This document shows positions 11,323 through 22,254 of a DNA stretch of 64,000 nucleotides, one piece after another (positions within the stretch are counted from its first letter, which is position 1; each line of letters starts with the position of its first letter). The notes under the pieces were generated by a model. It did no database searches and was not told where the DNA came from. It worked only from the letters and a program-made list of their open reading frames with translations. Origin of the DNA: Craspedostauros australis (lineage: Eukaryota). The stretch lies in contig JALAGF010004522.1 of the NCBI GenBank assembly GCA_030167865.1, positions 1 to 64,000 on the forward strand. The letters are read 5' to 3'. A program made the translations under genes and the position numbers.

Positions 11323-12890
11323 CTATTTCACCGAGCTCTTCTTCAGCTTGTTTCGGAAATTCATGAATTCTGGCGTGGGTGCATCGTTCGCTGGCTTCGC
11401 GGATGCCGTCGGCTCCCGCTTCTTAAGTCCTGCCTTGAGGGCATTGTATGCCTTGCCATCTCCATCGTCGCCTCCCTTTTGCTTGGATGCATTCTGCTCC
11501 TTCAATTTCGAATTCAGTGCGGCCATGAAAGGATTGCCGGCGCCACCAGCAGCGCTGCCCAAGCCCTTCGATTTGGCGCGGTTGGCGATCTCGCCGATCA
11601 TTCCGGAACCCACGCCCATTCCAGTCGCAACTCCCGCGGGTGCCTGCCCTCCAGAAATCAAGTGCGCCGTTCTGCTGATCTGATCTTTCTTGTACATGCA
11701 TTCAATGACCTCCGTCGTCTTTGGCACATCCACCCGTTCCATCCGCGATCGGAATTCGATCTCCACATCTTCGATGATGCGCCCGAGGTTCTCCAAGTGA
11801 CTGCCGGACAGAGACGCGAATCTCACCTTGCAAGTCTTGCTGGTCTCCTTCTGCATGCTGCAGCCCAAGTCCGTTGGTTGGGCGTCGATGTTGAAGGTTG
11901 TGGTGACGGCTGATTCAATGCTGTATCCGCAGGTCTTGTCCGCCTTGGACGGCTCATCGACCGTGACGAGATGGACGCTGTTCCAGCCCCCCGAATCGGT
12001 TACCTTCTGAACGCCGAAGATGCCCTCGAAGGAGCCAATGTCACCAGATGAAGACGAGGTGCCCTTGGACTTCAGGAAGACGCTGCTGATGGCGTCATGT
12101 CCGTAGTAAAGTCGAACGTACGATTCCCAAACTTCGTTTGCGTTCCTCTCCAGAGTGCGAATGCCTTGTTCCTCCGGTGGAATATCTCTGGTTTGGAACT
12201 TTGCGGCTTTGAGGTCGGTGTAGTATCGGTTGGTCCATGGGGAGCGGTAGCTGTTGTTCTCCGTCTGGTTGAAACTGCACAACAGGAATGGCTTTTCTTC
12301 CTCTTCGTCACCGTCTGGAACGTTGTCGAACGATCGAAAGGGGATCATCCCGTTGGTTTGTCTGGAAAGCCCATTGATGGTTTCCTTGTTGCCTTGGCTC
12401 AGCAGCACCTGGATGCCTGCAAGGACCTGCCATTTGTTTGTGGGAGAAAGTAGTGTCGTGAGAAGCATTACATTTTACAATGATACGACATGGAATTGAA
12501 AGCAGATGAGAGTGCAGAGTAGAAATGAATAGAGTAGAGTGGAGGAATATGAACGGCATGCATTGGAAAGGAATGGTGAGAAGAGAAAGAGAAAACGGAA
12601 AGGGGCAAGGAAGGCAGCGGTACCCGATAGCAATGCATTGCATGAATGCTGTGGTGTCATGAAACAGCGATTCAAACGCAGCTACTCGTTCACACATCCA
12701 GCAACCCACGCATGTGCGCAGACACGAAAACGCAACAGAATTCCCGCATGTTGACCATTGTGGACAGGCACTTGCGCCTGTTTCGCTTGGTAGAGCAAAG
12801 CTGCGGATCACCACGGCTGCAAGACATGGAACCCACCTTCTCAGCATCGCTGGGCGATGTCTTTTTCAATACAGCCAAAGCAGCATCCAT
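11323..12890 (-). CDS. CAPZB: F-actin capping protein beta subunit with C-terminal extension (2 exons)
   Basis: Exon 1 is 12890-12837 (MDAALAVLKKTSPSDAEK), the GT-AG intron is 12836-12427 and exon 2 is 12426-11323. Motifs FLLCSFNQTENNSYRSPWTNRY, LERNANEVWESYVRLYY, ISSVFL, WNSVHLV and HLENLGRIIEDVEIEFR follow the capping protein beta consensus. Confidence 0.9.
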
Positions 12891-13432
12891 GGTTGATTCA
12901 GTCTATGAGTTGTGGTTGTGGTTGTGATTGTGAATACGATGGCGATTGCTGCTGTTGCTTGTCCGAGTTGGCGCGCTCTTGGGAGACAGACAGAAGGAGG
13001 GCGAGTGGGTTGATGGGAGACGTTGCATCTTTGCGTTCTCTCCGTGCTCCAGGAACGAAGACACACGGAGAGTTCATCACCAACAGCACAACCACAACCA
13101 CAAACCGAAGCGGAAACCGAAACGGAAATCGAAACACGACTGTCTGTGTGGGACGCGAAGCTTCGGTATCTTGGTCGTCGCTGGCACAAACACCCACGAG
13201 AGATCGGATCTTTGTGAATGACTTGCCTGTTTTTGTTGACAGCATTCAGTCACGAATTAAATGCGCAACAACGCTACGGAACTGAAGCGAAACTCAGTCA
13301 CGAACAAGACGCACAGAATAGCGCCAACCTCTCTCCCCTCAGAGAGAGAGATACAAGCACCACCAATCAACTATAATACCTGAAACATCCGTATGCAGAG
13401 CACTCGAACAGAAACAGACGCACTGCCGTGTG

Positions 13433-14701
13433 TTACGTAGACCTAATCAGAACCGCCGTCCCCATGTGCCGTGCAAGGCCAGGCTTTGGCAACCAATCGG
13501 TCAGCTCCCAGCCATTCTTCACAAATTCCTCATCAGCGATCTCCTTGTCACCGCCTGGGATGTTCTCCAAGCGGTCTGCGAAGCAGAGAGCTGCGTCTAT
13601 CTTGATGTTCGTGTCGCCAGTGCTCGCCCTTCGCATCTTGTCGCTGATCACCTGCAGCAACGCTGTGGGAATGCCCTCGTTGAGGTATATCATCACGGCC
13701 TCGAACACGATCACCACTGTGTGATGGTGCTTTTCTTCCTGTCGCAATCGCACAAGAATGTCGTCGATGGCGTCCTCCACTCCATCGAGCTCATTCAGAT
13801 CCACCTTGTAGAAGGTTGGAAGCCAACGATCCACGTCGTCACTGCCATGCAACCGTTGCGCTCGCTTCCGAAATCGCCGCGTTGCGAACATCTTGGCCTT
13901 GCTTTCCACAACTTGCGGCAAATCCAATTCGAAGGCCTGGTCAATTACGCCCTGCTCTTTCAGCTTGATGGATCGCACATCGTAACCGCCGCCGAACGTG
14001 ATCATCGTCACCTTTCTTGCGCTGGGATCTCCGCTCATTTCTGTGCCATCGTCTTGTTGTTGATCGCCGGTCTTCATTGCCGCCGCTCCTTCCACCACGC
14101 CACGCACGGCGCGATCCAAATACGCGGTGCGCAGTTCGACGTTGGCATGGTGCAATCGCGGAAAGAAGGGATACAGCTTGGTGACAGCGCGCGAGAATCG
14201 GGGCAGCAAGGAATAGGACAATCCATTGTCAAACGCCGGCGAATTAGGATCATTCCCTGACAACGCCTTCCACCAGAGACACTGCAAACACAGGCTGGAA
14301 TCAAGCGCGTGTCGTGATGATGAGATATCCAAGGCATGGAACATTGACACGGCCCGCCTGCCGATCTTCCATGCTCGTTTCCATGTGGATCCGGAGACGT
14401 TGGCGATGGGTTGCACGCCCAAGATGGAGGCGACGTCGCTGGTGGAGGGGATCGTTGAGTTGTTGTCATCGTAGCGCTGCCCACGCATGCCGCTCGGTCC
14501 CTTCTGTTTCTGAATTCGATCGAGGACGTCGTTGTTTCCGTCTTCGTTGGAGGTAGGAATGGCCGGAAGGAATGTTGGGATGCGGAGGTCGGAGTGAGCA
14601 GCATTCTGCCCACGAGGAGATCGCGGAAGAGTAGCAACGAATGCTTGGGTCGGCCATTGCGCCAGCATGAGAGCGGAAACGATCCACATCGACGCAGCCA
14701 T
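13433..14701 (-). CDS. SAM-dependent methyltransferase, leucine carboxyl methyltransferase (LCM)-like, probably plastid-targeted
   Basis: Motifs LRTAYLD, TFGGGYDVRSIKL, FELDLPQVVESK, YKVDL and IVFEAVMIYL. N-terminus MAASMWIVSALMLAQWPTQA-FV looks like a signal peptide followed by Phe at +1. The ORF is open upstream to 14776. Confidence 0.8.
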   Translation of the reverse strand: MAASMWIVSALMLAQWPTQAFVATLPRSPRGQNAAHSDLRIPTFLPAIPTSNEDGNNDVLDRIQKQKGPSGMRGQRYDDNNSTIPSTSDVASILGVQPIANVSGSTWKRAWKIGRRAVSMFHALDISSSRHALDSSLCLQCLWWKALSGNDPNSPAFDNGLSYSLLPRFSRAVTKLYPFFPRLHHANVELRTAYLDRAVRGVVEGAAAMKTGDQQQDDGTEMSGDPSARKVTMITFGGGYDVRSIKLKEQGVIDQAFELDLPQVVESKAKMFATRRFRKRAQRLHGSDDVDRWLPTFYKVDLNELDGVEDAIDDILVRLRQEEKHHHTVVIVFEAVMIYLNEGIPTALLQVISDKMRRASTGDTNIKIDAALCFADRLENIPGGDKEIADEEFVKNGWELTDWLPKPGLARHMGTAVLIRST

Positions 14702-15741
14702 CGTGACGCGCCGAGTATCTGAACGGGTGTTCCCATCATCTCTGTTGCAACGATGTTGTTTCATCCTTTTCATCATCTCTCTTGGCGGTTGTTAGATGCG
14801 GTAAAGTGAAGTGGGGATGTGTTGGAGTAGAACGTATTATTGTATGTGTTGGGATGGAGGAAGCAGTCTCCGTACGTAGCTGGAACAGCGCTCATGGTCA
14901 TGTTTGCTGAGGATACTGATTTCTGTGTTGATGATGATTTGTTTGTCCTGTTCGTGAACCACTCTATGTGCACGACTGGATAAACACAAATGCGGAATCA
15001 GCGGTAAAACTATAAATCCGAACATTAGTATGACGCTGCAATCCAATACGCCGTTGCCACGTTTGAGCTGGCCTTGATTCCGATCTTTGCCGGATGTAGT
15101 CGTGCCGGTCGATTCAACCGAAAACGAAACAATCGTGAAAGGGTTCTGACGTCAACGCTTGAAGCAACGAACAAAACGATGACACCCAAGAAAACGACAC
15201 AGAGAGCAAGACAAAGACAGAAGGCGAGCGACGCGTGCTGAACAACACAGAACAAAGAGAAGCGCGCCGAGCGCCAACTTCGGCTTCTGTTCCTCCAGCA
15301 CCTGAAAGAATTGTGATCTTGGCCAACTTCAATGCAATGCGTCAATGCTTGCTTCGGTGGTTCGATGCTGAGAATAACGTGAGCAGCACTCGGCACACTC
15401 GCAATGGTACACATTATAGCTGGGAGGGTACCACACCAGACCATACCATACCATACAAATACTACATTCTGCATAATACAACAATCTCACAATCGCTGTG
15501 GCACCTTGGAATGTTTCATTCCTACCACGAGTGTGTAGGCTTGTAATTGTACAAGCAAAGCTCCAAGCAAAATCCAAACAGCGACTTCAACTGCAACTAC
15601 GGCTGCAACTCCGACTGCATCTGCATCTGCTGGCATCGAGTTGTCGTTCGCAGTACCGAGTACTCAGAACTGCCAAGAGCACGTCGCTGCTCGACAAGCA
15701 CCACACCGACGGATAACCTTGGAACGGGAAAGACCGGCTTC

Positions 15742-17658
15742 ATGTCCATGAAAACACGGCTGGGAAACACGCGGTGTTCTGCCTTCCCATCTCGTCCCTC
15801 CTTCGTCGCCTTCCTTCTTCTCTCTTCCGTCGCAATCATTGCCGTGACGATGGTAGATCTCGCTGCACACGCATTTGCGCCAGATTCCGTATCTGCTATC
15901 AATCGATCATCAAGGGCTGGCGGCACGTCGTGGACACAAAAAGAACCAACGTCGTCAACCGGACCTCCCAAATCACAATCCAGCAAGAGCGGCCGCCGTC
16001 CACATTTCGGTCTGGTCCCCTCGCAAGTCCGCAACATGCCCACGCAGCAGTATCACCATCCCAACCAACGGTCCGATGTCAGAAGCGAATCATACGACCG
16101 TGCATACAACTCGACCGATGGCGGGACAGCAACATTGACAAGGCCAGATGACTCGGTGAGTGACCATGTGCGCAACAACGGACAATATTCAGCCAGCAGC
16201 GGTCGAGAAAGACTGAACAACCGGTCAAGGGATGCAGCCCAAAGCAGGCGGTCCCACCACAACGTGCCTGGCGCAAGGCAGAACCAACAGCGGCAGCACT
16301 GGAATAGCAACAGCAGTCGCAATAGCTATAACAGCAACAAGAAGAAATTCGGATTCCGAGTCTATGGCGATCTGCCAGACATCCATTGGAGGGCGATCTC
16401 CATGGATCATTTGCGTTTGCACCCGCTTTTCGAACCCCTCCCGTTGGCCGAGGACATCACCAATCTCGAGAAACTTGAAGATGTGCGAAACTTTCGACAA
16501 GATTCATGGCAGTGGGATGCTCTGCATTCGGGCAGATGCACCACGTCGCAGGCGTCTGCGGCTCTCGGATTTCTCGAACCGCAAACCGCCACGCAGTTGG
16601 GAATACCATCGTCGTGGCAACGTGGCGGTCAAGGCGCATTCCACCGCCTCAGCCAAAAGGCGCTGCGTTCGTTGCAGGACATGGCGGAGTTGCTGGAGCA
16701 TGACGATCCCGACGCAACAACTCGGTCAACACGGCATGGCAAGCTCATGCATGCAGGATCAGAGCCGCCCTCGTCTCAACACGGCAACAAGCCAATTTGG
16801 GTGCAGCCAAATCAAAATGCAGCGCACACCAGACCATTCCCCTTCGCCGCCAAGTACCTGGTCAAAATGACGGCGCAGGAGTGCGGCCGACGTCGCCATC
16901 ATGTGCAGAATGTCATTGGCGGGTACGGCAGGGAGATCAAGATGTCGTGGGGCAACGCACAAGAGCCCACCTCCATCCTGACGGCTCTCAACTATTTCTG
17001 GGAGAAGGACCCCAACATCCGCATCAAGGAGGTTGGAATGTGCGGTGCGGGACTCGCTATCAACACGACCAGCACCAGCGATGCCGAATCTGCGAAGAAC
17101 ATCGATGGCAGTGCGACCGCACATGATCCGTCATCCTTGTTGGTCGGCGCATCGCCCGATGCGTTGATCTGCTACCCGAACGGCACCATCGAAGTCTTGG
17201 AGGTGAAGAATCACTGTCCCTTCTTCACATCCAACGGCAAGCATGAATTTGCCATTCGCGAATTCCCATTCCGCGAACCTTACCTGCCATCCCACTACGT
17301 CCCGCAGCTGATGATGGAGATGATGTGCGTGGGACAGGAATGCCGATCGGCCATCATGATTCGGCAGACGGCCACGGGCGGAGCGCTGATCATACGATTA
17401 CATCGCGATGACGAGTGGCTCGACGAGATGATGTTTTGGCTGTCCAAGTTCCAAATCGATTTTGTGCAGACGGGGACGCTGCCGCCGGTGGATTTCTTCT
17501 ACAATGACCCCAATCTCAAGGGACGGTACGGCAAGTTCATCGAGCACACCGTGAGATTAGGACTCAGCGTGGAGAAGCTGGATCATGTGCCGCATGCCAA
17601 GATCCAGCGCATGATGGGCGTGGTGCCAGGCATGACGCCGCTGTACTTGGATCTGTAA
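15742..17658 (+). CDS. YqaJ-like/lambda-exonuclease-type PD-(D/E)xK nuclease with bipartite plastid presequence
   Basis: Motifs QDSWQWDALHSGRCTTSQASAALG, MSWGNAQEP, EVGMC, VGASPDALI, LEVKNHCP and HYVPQLMMEMMC. A hydrophobic signal FVAFLLLSSVAIIAVTMV is followed by AAHA-FAP. Confidence 0.82.
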   Translation: MSMKTRLGNTRCSAFPSRPSFVAFLLLSSVAIIAVTMVDLAAHAFAPDSVSAINRSSRAGGTSWTQKEPTSSTGPPKSQSSKSGRRPHFGLVPSQVRNMPTQQYHHPNQRSDVRSESYDRAYNSTDGGTATLTRPDDSVSDHVRNNGQYSASSGRERLNNRSRDAAQSRRSHHNVPGARQNQQRQHWNSNSSRNSYNSNKKKFGFRVYGDLPDIHWRAISMDHLRLHPLFEPLPLAEDITNLEKLEDVRNFRQDSWQWDALHSGRCTTSQASAALGFLEPQTATQLGIPSSWQRGGQGAFHRLSQKALRSLQDMAELLEHDDPDATTRSTRHGKLMHAGSEPPSSQHGNKPIWVQPNQNAAHTRPFPFAAKYLVKMTAQECGRRRHHVQNVIGGYGREIKMSWGNAQEPTSILTALNYFWEKDPNIRIKEVGMCGAGLAINTTSTSDAESAKNIDGSATAHDPSSLLVGASPDALICYPNGTIEVLEVKNHCPFFTSNGKHEFAIREFPFREPYLPSHYVPQLMMEMMCVGQECRSAIMIRQTATGGALIIRLHRDDEWLDEMMFWLSKFQIDFVQTGTLPPVDFFYNDPNLKGRYGKFIEHTVRLGLSVEKLDHVPHAKIQRMMGVVPGMTPLYLDL

Positions 17659-18288
17659 TAACATGCCTACCACAAACCATATCATACCATACACTCAATA
17701 GAATTACATCATCTTTCAAGCGACGGCATCTGTGCTGCTGAGCGTGTTTAGCATCATCTGCTCTCCACGGATGAGTGCCATCGTGGACACCACGCTGTCT
17801 CGAATCGCATCCACACTGTTCTTCATTTCCGTTTTCCTCAATTCCTCGCGGAAAAAGATGCGTGGATACCATTTCGACTGATTCGATCCGAATCAAATCG
17901 AATTCGGCAAGGAACGCCAACCCAAACCTGTGACCAACATCATCAAAAAGCAAAGATCGCGTTTGTTGGTGGGAGAACAACTTCTTTGTTGATCGGCACT
18001 GATGACATCGCTCCCATCCAGGAACAACACACAGCTGATCGCTCTGCCATTCAACTATTCTCGTATCGCGTGAACGATTCCACCCGATGGCAGATCTTTG
18101 ATCGACAAGGGAGAAGACGCACAACCAGCAGGAGACGCGGATCTGTTGCTTGGACAGTACGATACGTACGTACGAGTACTCTGAGTTGAAGTTCTTTCCA
18201 CGTCCATCACTGCGCCAATTGATCTATCCGCTCATCAACCCATACTCGTACCATAAACACTCGTACGGTAGCAGCGGCAGACATCATC

Positions 18289-20214
18289 ATGTTCATGAAC
18301 CCGAGATCTATCTCTGCCACTGCTGGCGCTGCCGCGTTCGCCAAGCACCGATGCTCTTCCTTCGTTGAACCATGCCGTTGGTTTGTGGCCACAGCACTGA
18401 AAGAGGCGTCGGCCACGTCCACAAAGTCCATCGCCATTGTCGGAAGCGGCCCGTCGGGTTGTTACACGGCGAAGTACCTCATGCAGTCATCCTCGTCCAC
18501 CACGTCGAAATCCAAATCCAAATCCAAATGGAACAACCAGCATGACTTTCGCATCGATATCCTGGATCGCCTGCCGACACCGTTTGGATTGGTGAGATTC
18601 GGTGTCGCGCCGGATCATCCTGAGGTCAAGAATGTGCAAAATGATTTCACGGCCCTCTTCGAACAGCCCAACGTGAATTTCTATGGCAACGTTCGAGTGG
18701 GACAGGACGTCTCGTTGCAGGAGCTGCGCCATCGGTACGATGCAGTCGTCCTGGCCTACGGCTGCGAATCCGATCGCAAACTGGAAATTCCGCACACGTC
18801 CGATGATGAACCATCTGGCAGCAGCAGCAGCAGCAGTGACAACGCTGGTGTGCTGAGTGCGCGCGAATTCGTGGCATGGTACAATGGACATCCGGACTTT
18901 GGTCACATCGGTCCCATTGTGCAACAGGCGCTGTCACCGCGCTGCAACGGCACGTCCAAGTCAAATATCGTCATCATCGGACAAGGCAACGTCGCATTGG
19001 ATTGCGCAAGGATACTAGCGAAGACGAAAGATGCGTTGAATGTCACGGATATCACGACGGAGGCACTGAACAGTCACGCCATTCGGCAACAGCCACAACA
19101 GGAACGCGAGATTCACGTTCTTGGTCGACGCGGTCATATCCAGGCATCGTTCACCATCAAGGAACTGCGCGAGTTGACCAAATTGGAGGATGACTGCCAT
19201 GCCAGATGCATCGTGCGAGAAGAGGAGCTGGAGCTGGGGTCCACAGAGTCTTCCTTGCAGGAGTTGAAATCCTTGCGACCCAAGAAGCGCATCGACAAGC
19301 TGCTGCGAGATGTTGCAAACTCCACCGCTGACCATGATGATGTCACGACGCAGCAATTGGAAACCAGCATCCATCTCCGATTTCTTCTGCAACCCAACGA
19401 ATTCCAATTTTCGAAGCAGAAATTCAAAGCGACTGATGAAAAGTGGATAACCAAGGTCAAGGCCGAACGCACAAGGTTGGAAGGCGAGGCAAAGGAACAA
19501 AAGGCGATTCCAACTGGGGAACTGGAGGAGATTGACGCAGACTTGGTACGTCGTGTCTTGATGTGGCATTGTCGTAGTGCAACATACACGTGAACTGTGG
19601 GTGATGTCACCATGCCATTGCAGTTTGCTCGCTCCACCTTGTCTCTCACATGCACGGCAAACTGTGATCCGACGCTTCATTTCACACATCCACAAATGGT
19701 TGGCCTGCACTGCCGTACTCTACATGCTCCACTTGCTGTTCTCAATGCGATCCGAACAACAAATGGCACTGTGTGGCATCAGGTCCTGGTCAGCATCGGT
19801 TACAAAGGCACATCCATCGATGGGACGGAAGACTTCTTTGATACCGGCAAGGGCATACTGACCAATGCGCAAGGTAAAGTCGATGGTAGCACAGAGGAAT
19901 CAGCCGGCTTGTACGTTGCAGGATGGTTGAAACGTGGCCCGAGCGGCATCATCGGCAGCAACATCGCGGATGCCAAAGAGACGGTCGCGAGCATCCTGTC
20001 GGACTTGACGACAGACAGCTCCACTGCCTCTACTGATGCGAATGAACGCAATCCAGATCTCTGGAAGAACGCGTGCCAAGACCTCGTGACATGGGATATG
20101 TACAAGAAGATCGATGCGACGGAAACAGCAGCGAAGCAACTGCGGAATGATGGCCAACCGAGGAACAAGTTGACGACGATTCCAGAATTGTTGGATGCAG
20201 CGAACGCAAAATGA
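18289..20214 (+). CDS. FDXR: NADPH:adrenodoxin (ferredoxin) oxidoreductase, mitochondrial (2 exons)
   Basis: Exons 18289-19545 and 19783-20214, with a phase-0 GT-AG intron. Motifs IAIVGSGPSGCYTA, GLVRFGVAPDHPEVK, FVAWYNGHP, IIGQGNVALDCAR, VSIGYKG and GWLKRGPSGII. Confidence 0.95.
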
Positions 20215-20496
20215 AGACAGAGATCTTCCTTGCAAGCGGAATGCGGTGGAACTTGCACGCACGGGCGAAGACAAGGAAGCAGGACTCGTATGTAAGTTCG
20301 AGCACATATGTGGGACATGATGAGAGTAAAACTCTGAGACACTATGCGTGTAGTGTTTCATTTCAAGGCCATCATCTCAATCCCCAACTATCGGCACTCC
20401 CCCATTTGCCTGTGTGCGTAAACGATATGCGCCATGCAGCATCATCCTTGCAGCATAGTGTTGCCGTGTGTTCTGTCTAGAGTCCACGAATACGTG

Positions 20497-20743
20497 CTAT
20501 ACGTCATAGTTGTCTGGATTTCCTGCCGTGGGTGGAAGCAGGTTCACATCCTCCTGCTCCAAGAAATCGGTTGGAAAGTCTTTGCTTTGGTCGGCTGCCA
20601 GGAGCAGGGAGACCATGTTGGTGGTGGAACCGCCGAAATCCTGACCCACTGAGTTGGCTGCCATGGCAGCGGCAGATGCAACTGCATCGTCCATGTTCTG
20701 GGCGTAATTTGGATGCTGCTGCTGCTGTTGTTGTCGTTGCTGC

Positions 20744-20792
<49 letters not shown>

Positions 20793-22254
20793 GCTGGTGC
20801 TGAGGTTGTTGGTGCTTCTGGTGTTGGTGACTATGTTGTTGCTGACCATGTTGTTGCTGACCATGTTGTTGCTGACCATGTTGTGGGTGACTATGTTGTT
20901 GCTGGTGCTGCGGCTGATGCTGTTGGTGTGGCTGGAATGCGTGCTGGTTGAAGGTTTGGTGGTGCTGCTGTTGGATCTGCTGATCTATCGTTGCTACTTG
21001 CACGGCCATGAGCTGCCGTTCCCACGTCTGCTTCCATTGCGTGAGGAGGAACATGGATCGGGTCATGGAACTGTGCGCTCGTTCGTACAGCACGGCAATA
21101 TCGTGGATCTGATCTGCGGGGGTCGTGGGGAATAGATGTGCGTTCGTTAACGCTCTGTCCTGATTGGCGGATACTGCATTGGTAGTGACGTGCATCCCTT
21201 GATTGGCAACGCCCTGATCTGTTGCGATGTTGGAATGCCCAGTATCTTGGTTGTCATCAGCAAAGGTCGATTTGAATGCCGCGGCAGCGTCCGAAACGAA
21301 GTTTGACGTTGACGTCGATTGTCCTCTTCCGTCCATCCCCTCTTCCTTTACCGGAAGGGGTTCGGCATTCATCATCATGCTGTTGGCCCCGACGGCGCCG
21401 CCCATGTGATGCTGCGGTAGAGTGTGTGGCACGCCAGAGGCGGAATGGGCACATGTTAGCAGCCGATCAATATCATTCCCAGCTCCCTGAATTGTGGCGC
21501 ACAGCTCCAATCCAATGCGCTGAGCACTACGGAGGTCCTTGAGCGCGGCGATGTCGGCAGTCGAGGGGCGCAGGATGATGCAACCCGAAGTATCCGCATC
21601 GTTTTCGATGGAGGCAGTTGCGCCCGAACCCCCCTTGTGCCTCTTGCCGGCGTGCTGGCCAGAAGGGACAGGTGTGCCCGCTGGGGACGGCGTCGGCGTC
21701 GGAGCTGCATCGCTCTTCTTCTTGCGCTGCGCTCTTCGTTTCTCGTTGAGGTTGCGTTGGCACGTGAAGCAGAGACCGGAGCGCGTGTACAATGAGGCCG
21801 GTTCGGTGGGGTCGCTGTCGTAGAGAAGGATGGGCACGCCCACCTTCGAGCAGGAAACAGCGGAGCAACGGATGGTTCCTGCGCCGTTCGGAATGGTGAT
21901 GCGTGGATGCACATGGGCATACTGATGATCAATTGCGTTGGGGACGATGGAGTAATCGATGATGATGAAGCGTTTCTTCTTGAGCCGCACCATGACTTGG
22001 CCATCATGAACCGACGGCACTCCGTTCTTGCGCCGGAACACGTTCCCATTGGCTCGACCAAGATTGTTCTCCAGATCATGGTTGAAGTCCTCGAATTTCA
22101 AATCGACTTGCAAACCAGAGTAAGCGTCGTGGGCAATTGCCATGTTTGCATTCGTGTGTGTGGCTGCCAGCACGCCCGGGGCTGCAGCATACGTTGTAGT
22201 CTGTCTGTTTGCGGCTGTGGGATCCTCGAGTCCACGATGCTGAGGGAACGCCAT
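20497..22254 (-). CDS. Uncharacterised Q/H-rich protein with a Cys4 motif and basic NLS-like segment (putative nuclear regulator)
   Basis: Long ORF with probable start MAFPQHRG at 22254. It contains CSAVSC...GLCFTCQRNLNEKRRAQRKKK, a helical segment LYERAHSSMTRSMFLLTQWKQTWE, and polyQ. Confidence 0.78.
20714..20900. repeat. Coding (TTG/CTG)n microsatellite and 15-bp repeats encoding polyQ and QQQHG
   Basis: A long (ttg)n run at about 20745-20793 and repeated 'gctgaccatgttgtt'. Confidence 0.9.
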
